Assembly (NCBI GenBank): GCA_951406725.2 | Contig: OX597823.1 | Location: 58,838,001 to 58,902,000 of the forward strand | Source of the DNA: Octopus vulgaris | Lineage: Eukaryota | Reading direction: 5' to 3' | Length of the DNA stretch: 64,000 nucleotides | Shown: piece after piece, positions 27,403 to 40,541 of the stretch | How the letters are laid out: each line of letters begins with the position of its first letter | Numbering within the stretch: the stretch's first letter is position 1 | Notes under the pieces: model-generated | The model's database searches: none | The model's input: the letters and a program-made list of their open reading frames with translations, nothing else | What the model was told of the DNA's origin: nothing | Position numbers and translations under genes: made by a program

Positions 27403-27825
27403 CAGGTATGTACCGTGAGTAATTACTCAGGCTAGGCAGTTAGTGAAGATTATGTAGTAAAACACATAAAAAAATAAACGAAACACAGGCGTGCGACTGA
27501 GTTGTAAGCAGATTGACTTCTGCATTTATAGCGCGTAAAGAAAATGTTGTTGAAATGTACGCATCGCATGTACTACAGCAGTACTATGTGTAGTTTTGAT
27601 ACTGAGATTGAACGGTAGGAGCGAATTATGCCTTCCTAATCGACGAAAAGATAAACTATTTCGCATTTTATGCGTAATAATCAATAAACTTCATAATTTT
27701 ATTGAATTAGGTGCATATTTTTCCATAATACGAAAATACTAATATAAATCTATTTCATTCAGGGTAGGCACTGCCTACCTTGCCTACCCAGGTGGCAGGT
27801 CACTAATATATAATTATGTGTTCCT

Positions 27826-27919
<94 letters not shown>

Positions 27920-28044
27920 GTGTGTGTGCGCGTGTGTGTGCGTATAGCATCTCCCAAAGTCACTGAAGAGTCGCAATCTTTGATAATCCTTTTATTTTTT
28001 TACCATTTTCTTTTATTTTCCGGGATTTTATGGACTAGAGCCTG

Positions 28045-28660
28045 GAAATTATTTATCGAAGAATATGGCACCTCAAACTAGCCAAGTGGTAAAATTGTTC
28101 TATGAAAATCAAGGGTCTATTATTCAAACCTAGAGAGCACCAGAGAAAATTGCACGCCATAAAGTGTACAGTATGGTGTGCAATTACGGTGGATGAGATA
28201 ATCTAGCCTTATTTCTTTGAGGAAAATGATGGAAATGCTGTCTTTGTGACTAGTGAGCGGTACAGCACTATGATCAAGAGCTTTTTGCGCCCGGCCATTC
28301 AAAACAGGCCCGATATGTGGTTCTAGGCAGATGGGGCAACTGCTCATATTGCTAGAGAGACAAACAGTTGCTGAGCAATGTTTTGTAGAAAGAATCATCT
28401 CTTGTGACTGCGATATCAACTGGCCATCGCGTTCCTCAGACTTGACCAGTCTGATTTCTTCTTGTGGGAGTAACTCAAGAAGAAAGTTTTTGTCAACAAA
28501 CCAGAAAACCCGGAGCAACTGAAGAAGAATATCACTAGAAAAATCAGGAACTGAAACCTGAATCCCTTACATCTATCATGGAACATATTTTTGGAAAGGG
28601 CACTGATTCGTGAAGGTGAAAATGGACGTCATTTAAAACATGTCGATTTTCATACGTAAT
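28045..28660 (+). mobile_element. Tc1/mariner transposase relic (rosa/DD41D-like), internally deleted
   Basis: VVKLFYENQGSII..., KCTVWCAI..II*PYFFE, MWF*ADGATAH, WPSRSSDLT, DFFLWE*LKKKVF. Stops and frameshifts present. Confidence 0.85.
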
Positions 28661-28829
28661 GCAAAGGTATAATGAAAAAGGATTAAAGCAAATTAATTTC
28701 CATTATTTCCTCTATATTGAATTAAAATTTCATACACCGACACATACATACATACATACATACATACATACATACATACATACATACATACATACATACA
28801 TACATACATACATACATGCATATATATCT

Positions 28830-29040
28830 ATCGCCATGATAGATCGTTAGCCACTACACATATTTTTTCTCTCCGTGTTTTTTTCTCTCTTTGTTTTTTC
28901 TGTGTCCCTTTCTGTAGAAGAGCGTAGGCTCGAAACGTAAAAGACCTTTTCTATTCCTGAGCGTTATACTAATACATCTGTTTGTTTTGTACCCCACCTA
29001 TCTTCGTCTTTTGGGGGTTTTTTTTCGTAAATTATCCCTA
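28830..29040 (+). mobile_element. PLE-like pseudo-LTR with minimal hammerhead motif
   Basis: CTTT-CTGTAGA-A-GAGC GTAG GCTC-GAAA-CG-TA-AAAG at 28908-28943. A related copy is on the minus strand at 56175-56360. Confidence 0.65.
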
Positions 29041-29945
29041 TATATATATAGGCTTGTGAACTGTTTTTATATCATATGATTTCTCTTTGTTGAAGGCCAA
29101 ACTTCACCAATAAGATCACTAATCAAAGGCGTATAAACTGTGACTATACGGGTTTTCATTCTGACATAATGTATGTAAAACAGTGCAGTGTGATTTTGAG
29201 GGAGATTCGATATCTTTTTCTAGCTGGTGGTGCAAATTAAGCATATGCTACCTAATTGGCACGTTTAGTTTCACCACACCACAGGGAGATTTGCAAACGC
29301 TAATCTCAGATCTCTTCACACAACACGCTTCATAAAGATATAAAAAATGCAACGTTCTACCGATTGAATCAAGTGAACAAACTTTTCACGTTAATTTCTT
29401 CAACAATACAATACATGATATACGTTGTTGCTTCAGTGGCACATTTAAACCTTCACATGATTATTCCCATGTTTCTTTGTGGACTTATGAAAGTAATATT
29501 CTCATGAAATGAATTGTACGCAATCTGATTGTGAAGTGCTGCGCAAATTTACGTTATCTCCACTCAGTTTCGCTCCAGTTCTAACGCCACGCAGAAGATT
29601 GAATTGTTGTTGGACTCGTCTGTGGAACGTTCCGGATAATAATGTGTTTTAATTCCTGTTAGCTATTGTTAAACATTGTGCAGTGAAATTATAGATTAAA
29701 AAACAAAATTCCATCATTTTCTGCCGGTTACTAAGGAAAAGATTTCAAATAAGAGGTGCAAAGCCTTCTGACTGATCAACGTCTTAGAAATGTGATACGT
29801 AATCATATCGAAATTGTTACTTCGATTGCTTGTTAGCACGTTCTTTTCTCTTATGGGATGTCTTTTGAAAAGTAGTTTCTCAACGAGATTGAAGATTTTT
29901 TTTTTAAACAAGTAATGCAATCTTAAGTGTATTTATGTGTATGTG

Positions 29946-29991
<46 letters not shown>

Positions 29992-30029
29992 TGTGTATGT
30001 ATATGTTTATATATATATGTATATATATG

Positions 30030-30062
<33 letters not shown>

Positions 30063-30840
30063 TTATTTATATATTCATATATACATATATGTATATATGT
30101 ATGTATTTCTTATTCTTTTACTTGTTTCAGACAGTTGACTGCGGCCATGCTATATATATTTATGTATATACACGTATATACATACACATTCGAACACATA
30201 TATACATACTTACACACCACACATACTTAAGTACACATTATGATTTTTTATAAAAACATAATTAACTAATATAATTAAAGATTCATCTCTGCGGTTAAAT
30301 AAATTTGGCAAGTTTTGGTCATTTTAGCAACTACCCTTGATCTTTGTCCGAGCATTTGTCTTTCAGACTGCAAAATGGAATTTTAAAAAAGCAATACCCA
30401 ATGTTGTCACAATTATATTTCCAAATTCATCTATTTCTGGTTGAATGTTTTGTTTTGAATATATTTTAAAGCTCCAGCCTAGAATTTTCTAAAGGAGAAA
30501 GAGAGTCACGTACAGAAGAGGGAAAGCAGCTGTTCTTATAGAATTTAGGAATCAGGAGTGTTTTGCAAGGTCCAACAGCAATGTGGTAAAAAGGTTTTAG
30601 CAATGGCTTGAGATCATCTTTAACATATATACAATCAAATTCATACGGAAATGTCGGTGGTAGAATTTCCAAAAAATATATAGTTATGTTGATTTTTGTT
30701 GAGGACTTTTATTTATTTTAAATATGTGAAGGGGAATTCAGTTTCGAACGATAACGGAAATATACTTGAGGTTTATATACAATCATCCAACATTCTGACT
30801 ACCTTATTATTCTATATATATGTGTGTGCGAGTGTGTATG

Positions 30841-30927
<87 letters not shown>

Positions 30928-30941
30928 TATATATATATATA

Positions 30942-31174
30942 TCTTACTTGTGCCAATCATTTGACATCGGCCAAGCTGGGGCAACGCCTTGGAGGTTCTT
31001 AGTCGAACAAATCGATTCCAGCACTTATGTTTTAAAGTCTAGTACGTACTTATTCTATCGGTGTCTTTTGCTGAACTGCTAAGTTACTGCTAGTAAACAT
31101 ACAAGCATCTGCTGTCAAGCGGATAAGAGCACAAACACAGATACAAAGACACACACACACGCACACACATAGAT

Positions 31175-31244
<70 letters not shown>

Positions 31245-31390
31245 GACGGACTTCTTTCAATTTCCGGTCAGCAAATCCACTCACAAGAAATATGAACCTC
31301 CTGAGGCTATAAGGGAAGACATCTGCGCAATGTACCACGGAGTGGGACTGAACCTGGAACCATGTAGTTGGGACGCAAGCTTCTTACCAT
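30942..31390 (-). mobile_element. SINE family A (diverged)
   Basis: Colinear with 9516-9930, including an expanded internal (CA)/(TA) tract. Confidence 0.85.
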
Positions 31391-31444
31391 AGAACCTCAA
31401 TGTTCGTACTAACTGGCTGCTGGATGTTAAAGTTAACTTGAACA

Positions 31445-32490
31445 TCAATGCAGATTTAAATAGATTATACTTCCACGCTAGGATGGTGGCCGTGATCTCA
31501 AATCTGTATTGATGTCATATGAAGCGTGTATTGTGTCACTGAAACATCTGCCGCATAGGAAAGAGGGCAGTAACTATCTTACCTACGTTTGAGATCATGA
31601 CATCAACAACATAATTAAGATAGTTAATGAACTTGGGGAGAGACAAGAAATGAGAGCTGATACAGTTATCTTCCCAAGGATCATTAGTAAAATCAGAAAC
31701 ATTTATCAGGACAAAATTAAAAGAATTTGACCAGTTCTGTGAGAAGGTAGTACATGGGCGCTTGGCGCAAAAATACACAAACCGTATAAGGAATTGATCA
31801 CCTTCAAAACTTGGCATAAAGTACCTACAAGTTTATGATATCTTACTTCGAGGTTACCGCCATACAATTCAAGAATAAACGATACAGATCAAGTATCTAT
31901 ATCTATACCATAAAATACAGAAAAATTTACAGACAAATTTTGGCTGCACAAGACCAAGACAGAAAACATCAAACACATTATTGCCGACTGCGAGAGAATA
32001 CCTACCAGACATTATCATTCCATAGAACAATCCGGAACAGGATAAAAAAACACCTACAGACAATGTTGACTATATTGAGATCGATGGGTCAAAAGAATAT
32101 TGACTGAGCTTAAAAATTAAAGCAGCCACCAGGTTAAACCAAAACTGTCCATAGGCTATTGTATTAGACAACAAAGAGAATATATATTCTGTTATGGAAA
32201 TCAGCTGCCATCTCGATAACAATATGGTTAGAAACATAAGAAGAAAGTGGACATCTTTGGACCATTGATAAGGAGTTTGTAAAATCTAATACCCAAGATA
32301 GAATTTTAGCTTCGTACCTATTATTGTTGGAGCAACAAGATATGTACCTGCCCGTCTGGAGCCAAGTATGACTGAACTTGTGTTCTTGAAGAGAGAATGC
32401 AAATCCTTACTTCATATACTTCAAATTATCACGATATCTGGGACTACAAAAATTTCCAAGACTTTCTAAAGATTTAAAGGACGATGAACC
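31445..32490 (+). mobile_element. Degenerate R4-clade LINE 3' half (distinct family)
   Basis: NADLNRLYF..DGGRDLKSV, ENIKHIIADCERI (decayed CCHC), VMEISCHLDNN, FVPIIVGATRYVP, LQIITISGTTKISKTF. Confidence 0.75.
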
Positions 32491-32624
32491 AAACAAAATA
32501 CTTTCTTTCACAACCTTGTAACTAAACAGGTGGTCGGTCACAGATTATTCCAAACTAAATAGAGAACAAACATACACACATGCATACATACATACATACA
32601 TACATACATACATACATACATACA

Positions 32625-32656
<32 letters not shown>

Positions 32657-32784
32657 CAAATACGTTTCACTCAACCCTGGAATTTCTATCTTTATAAGTA
32701 GAGTGTAATATAAGTGGCACTTATGTGAAGTTTTGCTACCCTGGTAACTATATATATATATATATATATATATGTATAAAAATA

Positions 32785-32904
32785 TATATATAAAGATACA
32801 AAATGGGACTAGAACGCAAAACACTCAAAGAGACGACATAAAAAGCGGACGGGTCATTCGAAGCCTCTAATCTTCAGTCAAGAACCGGATCATCCTCGTA
32901 ATTT

Positions 32905-32908
<4 letters not shown>
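32785..32908 (-). mobile_element. Short PLE-like terminal fragment
   Basis: Embedded between TA tracts. Degenerate hammerhead-like CTGAAGA...GAAT on the minus strand. Confidence 0.35.
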
Positions 32909-32942
<34 letters not shown>

Positions 32943-33423
32943 ACACACACACAATGAGTCTTCAGTATGAGACTCAATGAGTTGCCTGATCATTGGATTA
33001 ACATGAAACGGCTGAGCATTACACCAACACGTATAACTTTAGCCGAGTCAGAATCAAATTGACTATACTTTCCGTGAACCTAATTTCGAAGAGGTGCGTC
33101 ATTTCATATGATGGCAAATATAATATACGACTAACTTCATACTTTAAATTTCATTTTCGGTAACACCTTTCGGTTTATGTCGATACACATTGTCAAATAT
33201 TTTAAAGTTGTACTTTTTGTTTTATCTCTTCTTTATACCTTCCGCAATATATGTCTCATAAATTGCACTGATCTACCATTTCTCACTATTCCTTAATTCG
33301 TTTGTTGACTTTATTTAAAATTCCTCGTCGTCCTTGTCGTCATCATCATCATCATCATCATCGTCATCGTCGTCGTCGTCATCGTCGTCGTCATCATCAT
33401 CATGATCATCATCATGATCATCA

Positions 33424-33458
<35 letters not shown>

Positions 33459-34464
33459 TACTTTTTGTCTACATGTTTATTACAATCACTTGCCGGAACA
33501 CACTCAGCGTCCTAGGGCGAGTGAAGGATAAGAGATGTTGCAAGTATTAGTGAAAGTTTTGGAGGCGAAGTGGCAGGGGCAGTAGCAAAATTGATAAGGT
33601 TTTTTCTAAAGATGTAGGTAGTATTTGTGTGCCCAAATGTTTTCCAATTAGTTTCAAGCACGAAGCCACGTAGGAAATAAGTGAGCTTTTCAAAGCGATT
33701 TTCTTAACAATACAGCTATATCAGGGGTAGGTTTAGTAATCATTGATGAAATATTCAACTTTCGCAAAGGCAGTAGTTTCTAAATTACCATAGAGGATAT
33801 GGAATCAATCAATCAATCAATCAACCAGAGAAGAATAAATACATCGGTACCTGATATTTTGATGGCTGAGTATGGTGACTGAAGGGGATGTTAATAGCGG
33901 TACACTAAATGGAGGTTTATATTTTTACTGCATTATTAAAACGTTTAGTATTAAGAGTTGGGAATTATATTCCTCCGGGGAGCATTTATGATGATATATC
34001 ACTAAAAATATTTTGAAGCATTTACAGTTCAACTCATGGACTATATCGACTGATTTCGAAACGATTTACATACATTTATTAGTTTTCACCGAACACAGGT
34101 GAAATTTCCTAGTAAATAAAGAAATAATAAAAGAAAGAAACAAGCTAACGTGTTGTTAGACGCAATTCAGATAAAATGGAAATATTTCAGCGATCTATTC
34201 AACAGCATTTTGTTTTTGTTTCTAACTCTGCAAACAAAGCAAATATTCATTTATTACACAACGAATTCACTTTACGCATGACTTATTTTGATGGGTAAAA
34301 GTCATGAGCATTTATGTGCCTGTCTATGTGTGCATCATTTTTTTACGTATGTATGTGTGTGTATATATTTATTTATTATATAATAAATTAATAAATAAAA
34401 TAAAACATATGCATATATACATACATTTATGTGCGTACCTACTTCTATATGTATATATACATGC

Positions 34465-34615
34465 ATATATGGGTACTAGACACCAAAAAAACGTCGAACA
34501 CAATGAGAAACGAAAACATAAACACAAAACCAAAGAAATGGACATTTTTCTTAAACAACGAAAAAATAGAGTACAGGACATACAATACAAGGAAAATTCC
34601 CCTTCTTCTGTCGCC
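34465..34615. repeat. Unclassified interspersed repeat (copy 1), probably PLE-associated
   Basis: ATATGGGTAC..GAACACAATGAGAAACGAAAACATAAA..CCCCTTCTTC also occurs at 35285-35660 and 54120-54325. Confidence 0.75.
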
Positions 34616-34616
34616 T

Positions 34617-34657
<41 letters not shown>

Positions 34658-34734
34658 TCTGTGAATATATATATATATAATATAAATAAGACATAAATAT
34701 ATGCATATATGCATACATATATGTACATACCTAC

Positions 34735-34797
<63 letters not shown>

Positions 34798-34798
<1 letters not shown>

Positions 34799-35255
34799 TT
34801 TATTTTAAGCAGCAGAAAATTCAACAAAATCTGTTACTCTGAGTTTCTCGTTGCCGTTCATCAGACAGTTTTTGCTAGAATGGAACATATATATTAATTC
34901 AATCTATACTCTTACAAACGCTACACCTTTAAAAAGAAATGGACTTGTTTGATTGGCCCTTTAGAAAAAACGGTCAATCTTCGAGCGATAAACCGTTTTT
35001 TGATTGACCGTTTTTTCTAAAGGGCCAATCAAACAAGTCCATTTCTTTTTAAAGGTGTAGCGTTTGTAAGAGTATAGATTGAATTAATATATATGTTCCA
35101 TTCTAGCAAAAACTGTCTGATGAACGGCAACGAGAAACTCAGAGTAACAGATTTTGTTGAATTTTCTGCTGCTTAAAATAAAGCATATTACTCTACCACT
35201 GGTATTTGAGTACTCTTTTTTCCACCTTGTTTCACATTTATGTGTTTACTCCGGT
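34798..35255. mobile_element. PLE-like pseudo-LTR with 182-bp inverted duplication
   Basis: Arms 34798-34979 and 35002-35183 with a 22-nt spacer. Each arm carries a hammerhead core. Confidence 0.8.
35113..35150 (+). ncRNA. Minimal type I hammerhead ribozyme (mirror copy on minus strand at 34831-34868)
   Basis: Stem I CTGT/ACAG, core CTGATGA, stem II CG-GCAA-CG, GAAA, short stem III CTC-A-GAG, cleavage triplet GUA. Confidence 0.7.
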
Positions 35256-35284
35256 ATATATATATATATATATATATTATATGC

Positions 35285-35660
35285 ATATATGGGTACAGGA
35301 CATCAATAAAACGTACGTTGAACACAATGAGAAAGGAAAACATATAAAAACAAAAACATAGAAACGAACTTTTGTTTAGGGAGCAACGAAAAAACAAACA
35401 GAGAAGCGAGACACACAACATAAAGAATATTCCACTTCTTCAGTTGTCCCTGTTTCATCTACTCCGCGTTATGAGGGCAAGGACAATACGCGACCTCATT
35501 GTAACAGTCCTTCTCGCAAAGCAAATTAAATAAAATTTGGAATTTTTGCGGAGGGTGAAAGTGGGGCAACAGTGGTAACAAAAACAGGACAGAACAAAAC
35601 AGTAAAAAACAAACACTGAGGGCCGTTAAGCCAAGACGACAGAGAAATTATTATGAATGC
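35285..35660. repeat. Unclassified interspersed repeat (copy 2)
   Basis: Similar to 34465-34615 and 54120-54325. Confidence 0.75.
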
Positions 35661-35793
35661 TAGGAAGACGAGCTTATGAGGAGACAGTATAAGCACGTTT
35701 TGTCTTTAGGAAGGTAGCACACACACACATATATATCGATAGATAGAAAAATAAATAGATACACATATCTTTGTGCGTGTATGTGTGGCTCAC

Positions 35794-35950
35794 CTTGTTC
35801 TTTTCGTTTACTGTCGCCAGAAGTAGTAAAAGCGTTTTGCAGAACAACAGCAAAAAGAGCAAAAGCTACAGATTCACATTTGGTGAGCAAACAGCAATCG
35901 ATGTCATGTTGCATGGCCACCAAATGAAAAATGCAGGAAGCCTCAGACAT
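35794..35950 (-). CDS. Candidate first coding exon of a secreted or membrane protein
   Basis: Non-repetitive sequence with an ACCATG start. Encodes MSEASCIFHLVAMQHDIDCCLLTKCESVAFALFAVVLQNAFTTSGDSKRKEQ, with a hydrophobic core then small residues. Strong donor AAG|GTGAGC in phase 1. No downstream exon identified. Confidence 0.4.
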
Positions 35951-36784
35951 GGTCTTTCCGCATTAATGACAGTTTGAGAACAGAAAGGGAGACAAATTTT
36001 AACAAGTTCACTGAATCATTGATTAGAGTAAGCAATACCTCTCGATTAATTTTCTAATAAAGTTTGAGCTACTATATTTATTCATTTCATGTACCAAAAT
36101 TTAGTTTGGCATGTTCTGTTTTGTTGCATTTTTCGCTTGATATTTTGTCATGCATGCGAAAGCCAGATATTGACAACGGATAAGCAACAGGACCTTAAAG
36201 AATTCAACAAAAAATATTTTAAAAAATATATGATACAATAACTTATTAATTATCACATATGAAAGGAATAATATATAGCATGATAGTTCTAACGGTTGGT
36301 CATCCCTGCATTAAAGAACGTTTGTTCATCCTCCGAAAAGCAATCTTATTGTCGCGAGTCAAGGAGTTAGTAAGAAGTAAAACATAAGGACCATTAGACC
36401 ATCAAGATATGCCTTTCAATCTCAAATCAACAAAGCCATGTGATCCATCGACCACTGGCTGAACTTACCTACGATGCTGTGAGCTGCAGAATCCCTCTAA
36501 GGGTGGTATTAAAGGAGAGGTGGGTTAGTAAATACACGGATTAGTACGACCACGTTGGACCTTGAATCACTATTTGGTCCAAGTGGGTAAGGTTTCTACT
36601 GAAGAAATTTCAACTGCCTTACGACCTCTGTATCAGACGTCTGCCACTGTATGGTATCTTCAGCTTCTCGTCGTGATGGTGTGGATTTAATGGCTTAAGC
36701 CAAATCTACACACTCTGATTGAACGCCGATGTAGTTATAAAAACAAACCGTTGAGAGAGAGAGAATAAGAGTAAGAGAGAGAGT

Positions 36785-36832
<48 letters not shown>

Positions 36833-37249
36833 AAGAAATGACTGTTATACTTTCACTGTCGAGACATTTAGCATGGGAAACTGGATACCAAATAAACACC
36901 AAATAAACACCACAACATCTACTAATTTACCAGTGAATTTATTTCCTCCGCCCTACACTGTGAAAAATATTCCTAATGATAAATCTTCCTTTTACCAAAC
37001 ATAATAATAAAACATAACAGAATAGAGTAATAACTATATAATACAAGACAACAAGGTCTCATTGAATACCCAGCAGAATACTAGAAATATATTTTTGCTG
37101 TCAAAAATATAAATACACGCTCGGAGCTATCGAGATTCGACGAGGCTATTTATCTGCCGCATCTTTGGTAAACACTCTCATCTACATAAACGTACACGTT
37201 TTTGTACACACCCCACACATATAAACAAACATATATACATACACACACC

Positions 37250-37326
<77 letters not shown>

Positions 37327-38088
37327 GTTACATTTCGTAACTATTTCATTGTTTTATTTAGGTTAGAACTCCCCTCGTTGCCCAAAGTAGATATTTAACA
37401 AAACAACCCGAGGAAATCATGATTATACATCACGCAGTAGAAACACTGAAAGGGTGGTGGGAAAGAACACCAGAGTTCACATAGCCGTTTTAATGTTTTC
37501 TTAACATTTTAGATTGTCTTTCTATTGATAAAGTTGAATTATTAAAATGAGGGAAAAGAAGAAAACGTATTCACTACAAGAACGGGGGAAAACATATAAA
37601 TGGATACGCGAAAAAAAAAAGCAAAAAGACACAAAAATGAACAGGTGAAAATAACAAAAAATATGCAAAGGAAATGTCTTTTTATACACGTCTGTGTGTA
37701 CATTGTATATAAAAGATATTAAGCCGGCACTTATTGCCGGCGGTTATAACAATGGCTTGATTTTACATACGCGCATACAAGCACACACACACACACAAAT
37801 ATACATAGATATTCATACATTTATGTATATATAAGTATATATATGCATCTGTATATATATGCATAAATGTGTATATATATACAAATGTATCAAAAAGTGC
37901 AAAGACATGCTGATATATGTACATATGTATATGTATATATATGTGTGTGTGTGTGTGTGTATGTATATATGTAAGTATATATATATATATACATATATAC
38001 ACATATAAAATTTTATGTATTTGTGTGTGAGTATACAAGCGTACACACATACATGAATTCATATATACATTCTTACATACAAACGTAC

Positions 38089-38168
<80 letters not shown>

Positions 38169-38754
38169 GTACACACACGGGGAAAAATGCACGCGCGCAC
38201 GCAACCATTCACAACACATACATGTATATGCAAGCTTAAATATGTATGTATATATTAAAATATACATAGATTCTTAGATGCACACACCTCAACAAACAAA
38301 CAAACGAGTAAACAAGGAAATACTTGAGGGCTGTTTTTCTAAGTTTTACAAGACATACCTGGAAGTCATTTGAATTTCGGCACATTTTATATATCTTACC
38401 TTCTCAGGTGGCCGAGTGGCAGGTCAATATAATGGAATGGAAGGAAAGAGTGGGAAAGTAGTAAGCAGAAGGAAGAGAATTTAGCGATTTAAGAAAAAAA
38501 TATTTCGTTCACCTATTTATATTGCTAGTTAAATTTTTCAGCAGATATCTGTGGTCACATTTGCCAACTCATTTTGAAGCTTTTCTTTCTTGAATTTTTG
38601 GGGTTTATATATATTTTTTATCTAAATTTCATTTTCTGTTGACTCTACTTTCGTTAACAGCATGAAGATTGATGCTAATTCTCCTCATTTAGAAGGCAGA
38701 AAAACAGATGGCCAAAAAGTATAGTAAAGCGAATAGTAAAAGAATATAAATACC

Positions 38755-39340
38755 CTCTATATCGGAGCCTTGGAAGGGAAATTTAAATGTAGCTATAAGA
38801 ACGATCTTTCGAATTTTAGGTACCGTGATAAGTGACTTTCAACAACCCTTTCGGGTTTAATCTGGAAACTTAAAGATGAAGCGATCAATTTTGAAATCAA
38901 ATGGAAAATCCTCTCTAAATCCATACCTTATATTAACGATCAAAAAATGTTTAGTGCAGTCGCTTGAGAAACTATCTTTTAAAATACTTGAGAACCTCCA
39001 ACGAATAAATAAATTCAAGGAACGTGAATTTTTCTTTATGTCTACATTTCAAGAAATACATCTTGTCAGAATTTAAATGTAGACCAACGGTCACTTAGTA
39101 CACCATTAACATATGGTTTACGTCTGTGTGACATCGAATTATTGTAACTTTGGTTATCTCTCTTGTGTTTTTCCTTTGTATTTGTTTTTTTTTTACAAGC
39201 TCCTCTTTAAATGTTATCTGCTCAAAACACAACCGACGAACGGTCTTGTTTTCAACTTGATAAAATCATAGAATAATTTATTTTGACCAGGAAAGCCTGG
39301 GTAGCTGTATTAGCAAGATTTTTGGATTTTTAATTTAAGA
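38755..39340 (+). mobile_element. Penelope-like element 3' fragment (GIY-YIG C-terminus plus pLTR)
   Basis: LYIGALEGKFK...STTLSGLIWKLKDEAINFEIKWKILSKSIPY...CLHFKKYILSEFK. Degenerate hammerhead CCGACGA..GGTC..GACC..GAAA..GTA at about 39228-39308. Confidence 0.8.
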
Positions 39341-40460
39341 TTATACATACATACATACACACATATACATCAATTGTTTACTCTGTATTCCCACTCTATT
39401 GTATTTTGTTCGTTCGAAGCACTAACTCACTACAAATTTTATATTTTTAAAATTTCCGGACGCTACTGTTTTATGAAGTAGTCCTATCTTGCCGTTAAAG
39501 TCACGAAATGAGTAGTAATAAACAATAGACAACCGATGAGCTAGTTATCTCCTTTTGGTATTTTGTCCTTTACTTTTCTCTCGTGTGTTTACGTATTTTT
39601 CACTCGTTGGTGATATTCTGTACTTAATGTGTACTTTTTATTTATCTATAATTGAACACCACGCAGCCTTGTCCACAGTAAATTCTTACTTTTATATACA
39701 ATTTCTACGACTCCACACTCTGTTTGCTTTTTTTCTCCCTCTCTCTATCCCTCTATAATCCTCTATATATTCCTTTTCTCCCGCTTCCCCTTTGTCTTTC
39801 TTTCACTCCCTACTATCTTTCGTTCCTTCTCGCTTCTCCTCATACACTTTGTTTCTTTACCTCATCCTCTCTCTTGTCCTCTTCCACTCTACTTATTGAT
39901 CGCACGTGATTACAGGCCTTTCTCTCGCCTCTGTCTTTTTTGGATGCAACGTCCAACTAGCGGGACGTCATTTTCCTCTTCTCTCGCCTCGCGACACTTG
40001 TTTTTGCCTTCTACTATTTTCTTCTCTTCTATTTATTCTATATCCTTTCAAAATTTCTCCCAGGCCTTACTCATTATTTGTATGCATGTATGCTTATGTG
40101 TGTGTGTGTGTGTATTCGTACTTATATATGCTTAGTTGTGTATTTGTCTCTGCATGTATATTTTTGCTTCCTGTTGCCTATCAAGGAACTAACAATACTT
40201 TGTAGGCTGCGTACCCCAGCCAAACCATCTCCCTTTCTTGTATACTACTACTGCTGTTACTACTACTACTACAACTTCTACTACCACTACTACTACAAGT
40301 ACACTAACTGCGCAAACTCTGTTTGTGATGTAGTGTTCTCTGATGTGATTCTATTTATCATTATTAAGAAAAATTATTTCAAACCGGACAGACGGACAGG
40401 TAGACAGACAGATAGACTGATAAATGAATAGATAGGTAGATAGATAGATAGTTAGTTAGT

Positions 40461-40541
<81 letters not shown>

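Noticed and set aside
29640-29860. Possible mariner N-terminal relic (LLTDQRLRNVIRNHIEI)
   Set aside because: Similarity is too weak to call.
33302-33550. His/Arg/Tyr-rich ORF
   Set aside because: A compound (CAT)(CGT)(TAT) microsatellite.
39147-39170. CTTTGGTTATCT resembling miR-9
   Set aside because: It diverges after 12 nt, has no hairpin, and lies inside a PLE 3' region.
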